Shown: positions 14,326-27,631, counted from the stretch's first letter. The stretch is DNA of 64,000 nucleotides from Eledone cirrhosa (GCA_964016885.1 OZ024747.1:48298001-48362000), one strand, 5' to 3'. A program made the numbers and translations. Notes: generated by a model not told the origin, from the letters alone.

Positions 14326-15460
14326 CCTAGAAATTTTTTTTTGATTTTTCTAGGCTGGAAAAATGAAAAATGAAAACAATGAAAAAAATTCTTTTCATTT
14401 TTCTAGGCTGCAAAAATGAAAAATGAAAAAAATGAAAAATTTTTTTTTCATTTTTCTAGGCTGGAAAAATGAAAAAAATGAAAAAATGAAAAAAATTAAA
14501 AAAAATTGAAGAACTGAAAAAATGAAAAAATGAAAAAATGAAAAAATGAAAAAATGAAAAAATGAAAAGATGAAAAAATGAAAAAATGAAAAAATGAAAA
14601 AATGAAAAAATGAAAAAATGAAAAAATGAAAAAATGAAAAAATGAAAAAATGAAAAAATGAAAAAATGAAAAAATGAAAAAATGAAAAAATGAAAAAATG
14701 AAAAAATGAAAAAATGAAAAAATGAAAAAATGAAAAAATGAAAAAATGAAAAAATGAAAAAATGAAAAAATGAAAAAATGAAAAAATGAAAAAATGAAAA
14801 AATGAAAAAATGAAAAAATGAAAAAATGAAAAAATGAAAAAATGAAAAAATGAAAAAATGAAAAAATGAAAAAATGAAAAAATGAAAAAATGAAAAAATG
14901 AAAAAATGAAAAAATGAAAAAATGAAAAAATGAAAAAATGAAAAAATGAAAAAATGAAAAAATGAAAAAATGAAAAAATGAAAAAATGAAAAAATGAAAA
15001 AATGAAAAAATGAAAAAATGAAAAAATGAAAAAATGAAAAAATGAAAAAATGAAAAAATGAAAAAATGAAAAAATGAAAAAATGAAAAAATGAAAAAATG
15101 AAAAAATGAAAAAATGAAAAAATGAAAAAATGAAAAAATGAAAAAATGAAAAAATGAAAAAATGAAAAAATGAAAAAATGAAAAAATGAAAAAATGAAAA
15201 AATGAAAAAATGAAAAAATGAAAAAATGAAAAAAATGAAAAATGAAAAAATGAAAAAAAATGAAAAATTTTTTTTTCCATTTTTCTAGGCTCGAAAAATG
15301 AAAAATGAAAAAAATGAAAAATTTTTTTTTCATTTTTCTAGGTTGGTAAAATGAAAAAAATGAAAAATAAAAAATGAAAAAAAATGAAAAAATTAAAAAA
15401 TGAAAAAATGGAAAAAAATGGAAAAAATGAAAAAAATGGAAAAAAATGGAAAAAAATGAA
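14326..15460. repeat. (TGAAAAAA)n 8-bp satellite with ~60-bp ctagg-containing flanking units
   Basis: Near-perfect 8-mer array at ~14515-15230, flanked on both sides by tttttctaggctggaaaaatg... units. Confidence 0.95.
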
Positions 15461-15461
15461 C

Positions 15462-16035
15462 ATTGTGTTTCATAGGGAGGTAGTAACGAGACGTCATTCT
15501 TTCACAGTTGGCAACAATGTGGCTAACATCTTCGGTCTATGTTTTACAAAGCCTACATTTATTGTCGACTGATGGCCCTCCTCTTTTGTGTAGCAGGTAT
15601 TTCGTAGTGATGTCTTGTTCCTGTATTGCATAGAGATATCCTTCAAGGTGGGATGTTATAACCTTGTCGGAACTCCATGCCAGGCTTTTTAAATGATTTA
15701 TTCCCTCTATTGTCTGTGTTTTTCGTCTCAGGTACCCATGCACAAATTTCTCTGTAAATTGGTCCATTTTTTAAATCTTGTTCGAACATTGAATAGGATC
15801 TTCCAATTTCCCTGCTTCTCTCCTTATTTATGGGTCCATCATGTCTGACATTCTCATCCTGTCCAAGATATCTATGTTGTCACCTGACTGTAGAGGTTGT
15901 ATTGTCAAGCCATTCATTTCTAGATTTCCAGAGGAGGGCAGAGCCCTTCCACGTTTTACTGTTAAATATGCAAATTTCATTCTGATGTCTGCAGAAAATT
16001 GTGTAATGAGGTCCAATTGCTTTTTAATTTCCTCA
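15462..16035 (-). mobile_element. Fragment of the R4/Dong family seen at 28335
   Basis: IKKQLDLITQFS...NGLTIQPLQSGDN and DQFTEKFVHGYLRRKTQTIEGINH...DNKCRLCK, nearly identical to the 1169-aa ORF; internally deleted. Confidence 0.88.
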
Positions 16036-16039
16036 CTTA

Positions 16040-16148
16040 GTAAAGCTTCAAACATGGCTATCGTTTCATATGTGACACCTTCTTTAGTATCAAGCGATGG
16101 TATTACTCGAAATCGAGTTGCAGCCATTTTGTATATATGTATGTATGT
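16040..16148 (+). mobile_element. RTE-derived 3' stem-loop with (ATGT)n tail
   Basis: tactcgaaatcgagttgcagccat followed by gtatatatgtatgtatgt; same terminus as 21540-21570. Confidence 0.7.
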
Positions 16149-19100
16149 TCTGGTTTTATAATTTCACAAATTTTTGCCAATAGAGAGAGAGTCGGTTTCT
16201 AACGTAGACACAAGACTCTCTCATTGGAATTTACACAACATCAACTAGGTAGATATGTATGCATGTCTGCATGCATGTGTAGATATGGATGTTATTGTAT
16301 GTGTGGATATGGATGTTTTGAGTTGTATCTGTACATGTGTATATTCAGTTATTAGATGCAAAATTTTTGGAATGTTTTACATATTTTTACTGTTCCATTA
16401 ATGGATTGCACTTGTAATTTCCTAACTAGTTGTGTTCTTTCTGTTCCTGTGAAGCCTAGCTTCTCAAGATTTGTATTGAGGCAGTTACTAACATATCCCA
16501 GTGCCCCAATAATCACAGGCATAAATCTGAAGGTGTAATCAGGGTGGAGTATCTTCAGATTTCTCATCAGTTCTGCATACATATTCTCCTTTTCGCTAAT
16601 CTTTGATATTATTTTGGCATCTGCTGGACAGCTAATTTCCACTACTGTGCATGCTTTCTTTTCCCTGTCCCATATCATAATATCTGGTCTGTTATGCCTG
16701 CATTTTATTGGGGTTTTTACTGAAACATTCCACCAGTACTCTTTCATATTATGTATATGTATGTCTTCCACATTGCTGTAGCTTTTAATGTAGTTATTAT
16801 CGGGGTTATCTTTTCTACGGATTGCATTGTACAGTGTTTTGTCCACTACATTATGCCTCAGAGGTAGATAGTAGTGTTGACATCTTTGGACATGGGTGAC
16901 ATTTTCAATGTTAATTCTGCAGAGTCTGGATTTGTTATCACATCTAGGTGTTTTTCCTGCATCCCTATCTCTTTTGTGTACCAGTTACTTTGTGTTGATT
17001 TCCTGTTCTTGGATAGCAAAAGCGTATCCTTCAAAGTGGGAGCCAAAATAGCGGTTGTTGGTCCAAGATAAACTACTTTACTTATGTATATGACTCTCAC
17101 TCTGGATCTTCCATGCATGATTTTTTGCTGATAAGCATGCAGTTTTTCATCCATGGATTTACTGCGATACTGCTGAGCATCTTCCCTGGGTGTGTGTTTT
17201 TGATTATCACACAGGGAATACTTCTCGAGGAGTTCCTTCCCAACTTTCATGATAGACTTCCTCGAGAGACGGGCTCCTACGCTTGGAAATTCGTAAATGT
17301 TGTCGGAGGGATATGATGCGACATTCAAATGCTGTCTGGACTGATGTTAGGCCTCTGCCTCCCTGCTTACGTTTCAAGTAAAGGCGGTCTATGTCACTGT
17401 TGATGTGGAAGTTTCCGGTGTTGTTTAGTAATTTTCGAGTTCTAACATCAATTGCTCGGATTTCGTCTATCGTCCAATTGAGTATTCCAAACGTTGGTGT
17501 TAGGACAGGCACAGCAAACACATTGTGAGCCACATTGTTTTGCGCAGAGAGATCCGATGACCATATCTTTCTTAATAGGGTGTAGTATTCCCTGGTTACG
17601 CGTTCCTTATTACAGATATCATTATTGGATATGTCCTGTAGCAGTCCTCATCAGATATTGGTGAAACAGTTAGGCCATTGATACAAATGTTGTTAAATTG
17701 GGTTATTGTTTTTCCCCGCTTTACAGTCATATATGAGCATTTATCTTGGCCAAACTCCATTCCTATATCCTTTCACAATGTTGTAACCAGGTCAAGATTT
17801 TTCTTCATCCCATCCATGTTCTTGGCATAGAGTTTCAGATCATCCACAAAGAATTTATGGGTTAGGTTCGTATTTCTGTCCTGTGACCCAATGATGTATC
17901 CTTCACATTTCTTGAGCAGAAAGGACAAGGGGTTTAATGACAGGAGACAGAGAGACTGTCTCCCTGAAATATACCCCTGCGATATTTTATTTTATCAGTG
18001 AAAATAGAGTCCTCCTTCTCTGTCTTTAACTTTAGGATAGTAGCCCAAGAAGAAGATAGCTTCTCTATGGCTCTGATAATAATGTCTTGGACTTTAGCAA
18101 GTCAGAGGGTCTCTATTATCCAAGAGTGGGGAACAGAATCGAAAGCTTTCCTGTAGTCCAGCCAGACTGTAGCCATATTCCTCTTAAGTTGTCGTACCTC
18201 CGACATCGCAGTTTTGTTGATTAGGAGTTGTTCAGCACACCCCAAACCCCTTTCTTTCCAGCTGCTTGTTCATCTGTGATGATGTTATTATTTTCACATT
18301 GATCTTGGAGAAAAAGGTTCAGGCAGGCTGTATACAACTTATACATCAGGTTCTGGCATACAATGTGTCGGTAGTTTTTTGCCAGGTGGGTGTCTTTGGA
18401 CCAGTAATGTTTGTGCTAATGTCAACCATTCTGGTATAAGTATATCTCCCTTAAGAACTTGTTGGTAAAGGTCGGTAAGATACCTCCGATAGAATATCAG
18501 TTTTTTGTACCAGTAGCCGACAATCATGTCTCTTCCTGGTGTTTTCTTATCTTGGAGTTTTCACAGTCTCAAGGGTACCCTCAATTATTTCGTATGTTTT
18601 TGTTGTAGTGTAGGAGCAATAGTTCTTTTGGATTTCTTTTAGCCACACTGCATCTTGGTTGAAATTCTTCTTTTCATCCCATATTTTTCTCCAAAAGGAA
18701 TCTATGTCTTTCTGGGATGGGTCCTTAGTAACACTTATTATTTTATTTTTCCCTTCATATCTCTATAGACTGATGTTTGGTTTCGTCTGAATCTTTTATT
18801 AAGCACTTTTCTTTCATCTACCTTATTCAGGTATCGGCGTTTTTCGCTTGTTTGAGGGTGATCCGCTTCTGGTTCTACTATTACCAAACATCGTCTCTAT
18901 TTTATTTTTTACTCTTTGTTGGTGAGGAGTGAAGTTTTTTTTGTGTTTGTTTGTATGTAAGCAGCATTGTCACATATCCTATGGATTTTCGTAGGTCAGC
19001 AATCTTTTTTTCTATTTTAGTTATACATGATGGCATTTTTGGTGGTGTTTTGTTCTTGTTAATATCTCTGATATCACCAAGATAATGATTCACTGTCGTA

Positions 19101-20309
19101 GCTAAGGCATATAAACAGGCGTTGATTTGCCAAAATGTTGGGGTTTTTATCCGTCGTAAATCCCCTATTTCGTCAATAACGTAATATTTCATTATTTGTT
19201 TTTTTTATTATTAAATATTGTTGTTTTAAAACGTTCAGCAATAGAAATGTTTATACATGAATTAATTTCTCTCTAGAAGATTTCGTTGAGGAAAATTTCA
19301 ATTGTTTATACTTTTGATTATCATTATCGGAATTGGCAGTATCGGTAGAGGGTCGGACGCCTTGCTTTGACGCATAGAGTTACGGCCCTTGCCATTCTGA
19401 GTTCAAATCCCACCGAGGTTAACTTAGCCTTTCATCCTTACGGGGTCGATAAAATAAGGAAGCAGTAATTTACTGGGATAATTGCTGGCCTTGTGCCAAG
19501 AGTAGAAACAATTATCGATAGTATTTTCCACAATAGTCGAAGTAGACTCGGATGGTACACGTGGTGTCAAATTTCTTCGATTATTATTATTATTTCTTCG
19601 ATTATTATTATTATCGATAGTGTTTTCCCCAGCATTCGAGGTAGACCTAGATGGTACAGGTGGTGTCAAGTTTCTTACAGGCATAGTTGTTTCAAGGCAC
19701 TGTTCGACCTGGCTACAAGGAAGTCTAGTAGCATGGCGACCTGTAGCACGTGTTGTTGATTCCATGTTTGTTGTGGGGGGACTTACAATTAATAATATTT
19801 ATTTTATTTTTTCGTTCAACAAACGTCGCTTGTTGGCGTAATTGTTTCGCTGTGAAGTGATTTAGCTCTGGGTGTATTTCGTCCCAGTATAGCTTCATTC
19901 TGTTCAATGGAGGGATTGTTTTTCGCCATTTTATAACAATTAAATAAATCATCATTAAGTTCGCAAATCCAAGAGAAATACGATTTATAATTTCGGTTTC
20001 TTCTGTAGCTACAACTGAATAAATTTTGTTTACCTTTCTCGTTTTTCTTCGGTACTCCACTAATGTTGTTGTCGTTGATGTTGTGTTCAGCCATGCTGTT
20101 TGTAGCAAATCCTTGTAAAATGAATTATGTATTTAGTCGGATATCTCTACGAATTCGAATAAAAGGTGTCTTCAGTAGATATAGTTAGAAGAATATCCAG
20201 TTATTCAACATGACTGGTAGTTGTGGCATTACTGTCGGAGATAGTATTCATCTTAAATTTAATGAATAGTCTCCCACACCAAAATATGCGACTGATCGCG
20301 TTGACTGAT
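16149..20309 (-). mobile_element. Second R4/Dong-clade LINE, near full length, decayed
   Basis: N-term WDEIHPELNHFTAKQLRQQA; RT (WLDYRKAFDSVPH, FFVDDLKLY); RLE NRPDIMIWD..VVEISCP..KENMY; ends KICKTFQKF; (TACA)n on both sides. Confidence 0.9.
19329..19510 (+). mobile_element. SINE family A inserted into the R4 ORF
   Basis: ggcagtatcggtagag...gagttcaaatcccaccgaggttaac...ggccttgtgccaagagtagaaac; flanked by the repeat attatcg (probable TSD). Confidence 0.88.
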
Positions 20310-20310
20310 G

Positions 20311-20344
<34 letters not shown>

Positions 20345-20406
20345 TGTATGTATGTATGTATGTATGTATGTATGTATGTATGTATGTATGTATGTATGTA
20401 TGTATG
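20310..20406. repeat. (ATGT)n microsatellite
   Basis: Near-perfect tetranucleotide run. Confidence 0.95.
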
Positions 20407-20676
20407 TCGAGTCACCCTTGAGTGCTACTGGCAACATGTAACCCAGTACAATCTGTCGCATGGTCGGGTCGTCGGCGACTAAACCGCCAACGCCACCAAG
20501 TTTACTTGGTGAGGAGGGTGATTTTGGACATCATGCGGGATAAAAAACAAAACCTGACAAAGGGCAGAAGAATTCATGAGTCGACGGTTATCTAAAAATG
20601 TGTAAATATGTATATACATATGTATATATGTGTATATGTATATATGTATATACATGTATGCATGTGTATGTATATG

Positions 20677-21118
20677 CACGGGGAAGTAGAAATAATCGGG
20701 CTGGACACCCGATTGCGCAGTTAAACCACTGGGAGTGAAGGACCCCTAGCCTTTGTCAGGGAATTCTTCTAGGAGAAGGCAACTCAGGAAACTGGGATAA
20801 CTCCGACATAACACCTGCGGCTCAGTAGTTACCGATGATGTTGATCTTTTCTTCTTTTCGCGTTATAGCTACTGTCGCTCAGAGAGTGGGATTGGCTCAG
20901 TGCACAGTCATTCCTCACTTTAAAAAAGAACTTCACGCATAGGCATTGCACAATGGCATTAATTGATAATTATTAATAATGTTATATCGTGCAATGACCA
21001 TACTCGATATCGAGGGAGCAGCCATCATGTATGTATGTATGTATGTATGTATGTATGTATGTATGTATGTATGTATGTATGTATGTATGTATGTATGTAT
21101 GTATGTATGTATGTATGT
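20677..21118 (+). mobile_element. Bipartite non-autonomous RTE derivative (5' UTR fused to 3' stem-loop and (ATGT)n)
   Basis: 20677-20960 matches the reverse complement of 27350-27632; 20990-21030 matches the reverse complement of 23461-23502; the ORF is absent. Confidence 0.9.
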
Positions 21119-21119
21119 A

Positions 21120-21629
21120 GGCAAATGGGCTCTTAAGAGTCAATAGCCATCCAAAATCACCGGGAGAGATGACCCCTTAGCCTTTGTCAAGGCAGAATTC
21201 TAGGAGAAGGAAAACTCTGATATAACACCTGCAACCCTGATGGTATCCAATGATGTTGAATTGTTCTTCTTTTTGGTAAATATCATCTTGGTTAAGAGAG
21301 TGGGACTGGCTTTGTGCAGTGCCTTTGCTCACTATAAAAGCTTCACAGCACAGGCATTGCTTTATATCTGGAGATCTCTCTGCACTTGTCGTCACATGGT
21401 ACCATGGGCCCAGCACTATGTGTCAATAATTGTCACAAGTGTAGTGTTTGTACCAGAGTTTTCAAGTCGCTGGCTGGACTAAAAAGTCACATTCGTTCAG
21501 CGCATTGGTAGGGGTTCTCCTACATGGATATAAAGTAGTGGCCGTACTCGAAAACGAGTTGGCAGCCACCATGTATGTATGTATGTATGTATGTATGTAT
21601 GTATGTATGTATGTATGTATGTATGTATG
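21120..21629 (+). mobile_element. Bipartite RTE-derived SINE-like element, family B
   Basis: RTE 5' UTR motif tagcctttgtcaaggc..ctaggagaaggaaaactctg, terminal C2H2 coding remnant ([23 protein letters not shown]), stem-loop tactcgaaaacgagt and (ATGT)n tail. Confidence 0.88.
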
Positions 21630-21924
21630 TCAGGTCGCTCTCGAGTGCTACTGGCATCATGTAATCCATTACAACCTGTCCCATGGTTGAGTCGTCGGCG
21701 ACTAAACCGGTATTTGTTTGTTCGACATAACTCCAAATGATCACTAACGAGTACGTTACTGAACCCGTTATTTGTTGAAGGTGAACCAGTCATTCTGTTC
21801 CCCAGAGTTAATGTACGACATACACATATATCATTAATGATATTGTTGAAGGGATGTCTTGAAATTAGAGTTAGCTCTATGTATAATATAATATAATATA
21901 ATATAATATAATGGTTTCTCAGCA

Positions 21925-22098
21925 ATTTGGGGGGATTAAATTGACCCCAGCGTGTGGCTGGCACTTTACTTTATTGACCCCATAAGGATGGAAGGCAAAG
22001 CTAACTTCAACGGGATTTGAACTCAGAACGCAAAAGGCCGTAGCTCTATACCGTGAAGCATGGTGTTCGACGCTCTACCAATACTGCCAATCCACCAC
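21925..22098 (-). mobile_element. SINE family A (minus strand)
   Basis: Reverse complement reads ggattggcagtattggtagag...ctgagttcaaatcccg...gccttccatccttatggggtcaataaagtaaagtgccag. Confidence 0.82.
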
Positions 22099-22128
22099 CC
22101 TCATACAATATAATATAATATAATATAA

Positions 22129-23183
22129 TCTCTTTCTATATAAAATTCTTTGTCTCTCTGTCTGTCTTTTCCTTATGCATTCCCAAACAGCTCGACCAAA
22201 TCAAATCAAATTTTACAAGGTATTAGACCCCTCGGGAGTAACAACATATCATTTTTATTTTCATATGATAAAAACAATATAACACTTCATCTAAAATAAT
22301 CTATCATAGACAAGTAAACGGATATTTTCTAACACGATGACGATGTCCCATTTTGAATATGAGTGTGTATGTGTCTGTGAGTGTGTGTATGTTTGCGCAT
22401 TCATTACGTACGTTACGTCTTAGTAAGTTACATATACACACATCTTCACGTAAATATTTAATCAGATACGCAGAGAATTAAACACGATTCGGACGCTAGT
22501 TTACACACACACGCACATGCACACATACACATGCGCGCACGCACACTCACACTCACACACACACATACAAACACACACATTTATATACAAATATCTAAAT
22601 CTATATATCTATATCTACATATAATATAAAATATTGGAACTTCCATCATCCTTTTGAGAAAAGTGGACTCGCTACTTCTATGCAACGGGACACAGTTTAC
22701 AGTCAGGTGGATGAGGAACCATCTCCTAGAGGTCACTAGTCTTGGAGGCAATCATCAAGGAGAAGATGCATTTATTCCCAAGATTCCTCTTATCCCTTCC
22801 TCAACCGAGCTGCCGTTCAAATTCTCAAGACTTCAGTTCCCTGTTTGAACCAGTTTTGCTATGACCATACATAAAGCTCAGGCTCAGAGTTTCAAAGTTG
22901 TAAAATTAAATACAAGAGAAGCGCTTTTTATCCGTGGACAGTTATATATAGGTTGTTCACGAGTGAAAACACCTAGAAATCTTCATATACTACGCATGAA
23001 CGGTAAAACGAAGAATCTGGTGTATCTGGAAGATTTTTTTACTGTTTATATTTTTGTAACACACACACATCACGGTCTCGCCTCATACTATAAACCAGGC
23101 AAACATCCAATATAGTAATTTTCTCTTCAACCTGTCTTCTCTTATCATCTGTTTACCCAGGCGAAGCTGGGTACGTCAGTTAG
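22129..23183 (+). mobile_element. Internally deleted Helitron with Pif1-like helicase C-terminus
   Basis: 5' TC..tatataaaa; LCNGT..IPKIPL..LPFKFSRLQFPV..FAMTIHKAQ..GQLYIGCSRV..TKNLVY (22645-23040); 3' hairpin tacccag-gcgaag-ctgggta then TTAG; inserted in (TAATA)n. Confidence 0.85.
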
Positions 23184-23439
23184 CATAATATAATATAATG
23201 TGTTTCTGCAGGCTTTAAGGCAGGCACCGAATGTATTGATGTTTGACCTTTTATGCAAATACAGTCGAGTAGCTGAAGATGAAATGCTGCTACTTACCAA
23301 ATATCCGCTGAATAGTAACGATTATTGACCCTACGTACATTTATTTAATCGATTAACTCGGAATCAAGTGTTGAGATTGGATTGCCTATTTACACATACT
23401 TATATATTTCTATATACTTGCTGATACACGTATACATAT

Positions 23440-23525
23440 ACATACATACATACATACATACATGATGGCTGCCCCCTCGTTATCGAGTATGGCCATTGCA
23501 CAATAAAAAAAAAAAAAAAAAAAAA

Positions 23526-23562
<37 letters not shown>

Positions 23563-26500
23563 GCAATAATAATAATAACGACAACAACAATAATAATATA
23601 CATATTCATATATATATACACACACACGCACGCACACAAGCATATCTACACACACACACACAAACACACGATAGCAACTAACAGTGCTGCGATCGAATGT
23701 GGCTTTTTAGTCCAGCCAATGATCCAAAATGTCTTGCACAGAGTCGGCAACCAAAACATTTACTGGGAATAGTCGGCTGTGGTTGGAGTTCGTGTACTTT
23801 TGCATGTCGCTTGAGTCCTCCTGCTGATTTACATTCTCTACCACATGTTTGGCAAGCATGATGAGTAGCATCTCCAACAGCAGCCTGGTAGTCAACCACT
23901 GGTCTTACTTTATGACTGCGAAGATGACTTTCGAGTCCAGCTTTGCTTAGGCAGAGTCTCGCACAGACGCTGCATGTCAGAAACATAGGAGGACCCTCGC
24001 CGTCTGGAAGTGCAACAGCAATACCCTTCCTCACGTCCCGCTTTACTTTCTCGTGTGCGATTCGAGATGCCTCAAAGGCAACTTTTCCCTCATATACAGT
24101 CTTTCTCCATTTATTACGATCAGCAGCAATATTTTCCCATGTATCAGCAGAGATGTTAGCGTCTTTCAGAGAGGCCTTCAAGGAATCCTTATACCTCCTT
24201 TTTGGTTTATGTGGCGGTCGTTTTCCTTTAACCAACTCTCCATAGAAGAGTTGTTTTGGTATTCTAGAATCCTTCATCCTGGCAAGGTGACCACTCCAAC
24301 GGAGTCGCTGCTTAAGCACAAGAGCTTCTATACTGTCACACATAGAGCTTTCCAAAATCTCGACATCACTGATGTGGTCCCTCCAGTGAACGCCATGTAT
24401 CCGTCTGAGACACATCTGATGGAAACGCTCCAATTGCTTAAGGTGGCGTCGATATGTGACCCAGGTCTCGCAGGCATAAAGAAGACAAGAGAGTACACAT
24501 GCCCTGTACACCTTTACCTTTGTCCTCCTGCATATGTCTCGCCGACCCCAGAGTCGCCTTTCTAGCTTTCCGAAAGCATCACTTGCTTTCCTAATCCTAA
24601 GTGAGATTTCACTGTCAAGGTTGCCGTATCGATTGACAGTGCTTCCCAGGTAGACAAACTGATCAACCACTCCAAGTCGTTTGCCATACACATAGATGTT
24701 TGGTTCAGTGTACTGCCTACCAGGTGCAGGTTGGTACATGACGACGGTTTTCTTGAGACTGACAGTCAAACCCAGGGCAGTGCAAGCGTCAGAAAATACA
24801 TTCAAAATGTGCTGCATATCACTCTCTGTGTGCGCTACAAGATCGCAATCATCTGCATACAAGAGGTCTCTTATGACTGATGTAAATACTTTTGTCTTCG
24901 CAGCAAAGCGCCTGATGTTAAATATGCTGCCTGAGGTTCGATATCGGATGTAAACACCATGCTCGCAATTCCTGAATGCAATACAGAAAACCATTGCAAA
25001 GTATATGGCAAACAGGGTCGGTGCTGGAATATCCCCCTGTTTCACTCCATTTTTTACTGAGATAGGCTCCGACATGTTACCTCCGACATTAACCCAAGCC
25101 TTCATGTCGTCATGGAAAGACCTAACTAAAGCAAGGAACTTATCAGGGCAACCAAGTTTCTGGAGAACCCTCCATAATGCATCTCTGTTGACAGTATCGA
25201 AAGCCTTTGTCAGATCGACAAAAACCTGATACAGATCCAAGCCCTGTTCAATGCACTTCTCCTGGAGCTGTCTAGCTGAGAAGATCATATCAGTAGTGCC
25301 GCGTCCAACACGAAAACCAGATTGACTTTCAGGAAGGACACAATCTGCAATGTGTGTCAGCAGACGGTCCAGAAGCACCCTACATAAAACTTTCCCCACG
25401 ACAGAAAGCAATGATATACCTCTGTAGTTCCCACAATCATTCCTGTTACCCTTTCCCTTGTACAAGACCACCATTACTGCATCTCTCCAGTCCTCAGGCA
25501 CGGATTCATTAGCCCATATCCCTCCAAAAAGAGAGTGAAGATGTTGCAGGAGTCTCTCACCACCATATTGTAGGAGCTCAGCATGTATGCCATCCATACC
25601 TGGAGATCTTCCACTGTTCAGCTTCGAAATAGCCACTGCAACCTCCACAAGTGTCGGAGGCTCTGCGAGAGCTACTTTCACAAGACTTTCCGGAATGAGA
25701 TTGAGGAAATCTTCACTGACGACAGACGGCTGATTCAAAAGATCATCAAAGTGCTCCCGCCACCTTCGTAGAATTCCCTGTGAGTCACGAAGAAGTTCTT
25801 TGCCATCCCTGCTGCGAATCGGTGTCACCAGAGAAGAAGACGGTCCATAAACCTCACGCAAGAGACTGTACAACAGCTTTGTGTTATTGCAATCAGACGC
25901 AGTTTGTATCTCACCAGCCTTCTCACTCCACCACTGATCCTTCATCTGAGAAAGACTCCGCCTAACACGTGATTTTACATCCCTGAGCTCCTCATGCAAC
26001 GTATTCCTCTCCTGTGGTCTTGCCGTCAAGTAGCGTGACAGAGCGCGCCTCTTATCAGCCAACAAGTCATCTATATGCACATCTTTCTCATCAAACCAGT
26101 CCTGATGTTTTCTCTGCACCAATCCCAGAACACGTCTGCCTACATCATAAACCGACTTTTTAAGGGTCGGCCAATCCTCACCAAGATCTGCAGCCTGCAT
26201 CTCTTCTTCCAATGTCCTCTTCACATTTTTATCCTTAAGACGAGCAGCATTCAATCTTTTGGGCAGGGTAACACCAGGAGCCCGGATTTTACGTTTGGTG
26301 ATTAGATTCACTTTTGCGCGTACCAGGCGGTGGTCCGTCCAGCACTCAGCTCCACGAAGAACACGAACACACCGCACATCCTGTCTGTCACGCATCCTGA
26401 CTAGGACGTAGTCCAAAAGATGCCATTCCTTAGATGCAGGATGCATCCATGTGGTCTTGAATTTGTTCTTTTGTTGGAACATGGTGTTGGTAACACACAG

Positions 26501-27231
26501 ATCCAGCTCCTCACACATCTGCAGCAAGAGCATACCATTGCTGTTACACTTTCCCACCCCATGCCTTCCGATTACATTCCATGTGTTAAAATCCCTACCC
26601 ACTCTAGCATTAAAGTCACCAAGCACGATGACTTTGTCTGCCTGAGGGATATTTCTTAAAACACCTTTCAAGGCATGGTAAAAGGACAGTTTTTCTTCAT
26701 CGACAGAATTCATAGTTGGAGCATACACACTCACCAGGGTAGCATATCTTCCCTTGTCCAGCGGAACTCTCATGGACATAAGACGCTCACTAATCCCCAC
26801 TGGGAATTCTTCCAATTTATTCACCAGTACAGTCTTAACAGCAAATCCTACCCCAGCCTCTCTTCTGGTTCCTTCATCTCTTCCTTTCCAGAAGAATGTA
26901 TATTCTCCACAAAATTCCGTAAGATGACCATCCCCAGCTAACCTCGTCTCAGACAAAGCCACGATGTCAAGATCGTAACGTCGAAGCTCCTTCGCAACAA
27001 GAGCGGTCCTTCGTTCAGGACGCTCCAAAGAATCCCTGTCAAGCAGCGTCCGTACGTTCCAGCAGCCAAGACTAAATGCCCTGTTTGGCTCTATTACAAT
27101 GGCACGATGACGGGCGGGCCCAGGTTGTGATAACTTGGGGCCCCTGCCCTTATTGCCAATGATCTTTTTTGTTCCAGAACCCAAATTGGCAATTATCTCG
27201 TTTACATTGTTCTGGAACATCATTGAATTGG

Positions 27232-27267
<36 letters not shown>

Positions 27268-27295
27268 AGAAAAAAAAAAAAAAAAAGTAATAATA

Positions 27296-27330
<35 letters not shown>

Positions 27331-27631
27331 ACACTATTAATAATTATTAATGCACTCGTGCAATGCCTGTGCGTGACGAATATTTTTAAAGTGAGGAAAG
27401 ACTGTGCACTGAACCAATCCCACTCTCTGAGCGACAGTAGCTATAACCCGAAAAGAAGAAAAGATCAACATCATCGGTAACTACTGAGCCGCAGGTTTTA
27501 TATCGGAGTTAACCCAGTTTCCTGAGATGCCTTCTCCTAGAAGAATACCCTGACATGGGCTAGGGGTTCTTCACTCCCAGTGGTTTAACTGCGCGATCGG
27601 GCATCCAGCCCGATTATTTCTATGTCCCCGC

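Noticed and set aside
14395-15333. 312-aa and 274-aa FSFFHFFI ORFs
   Set aside because: Translation of the 8-bp satellite.
23267-23295. gagtag-CTGAAGA-t-GAAA-tgctg-ctactt
   Set aside because: Stem II is absent, there is no NUH triplet, and it is single-copy; may be chance.
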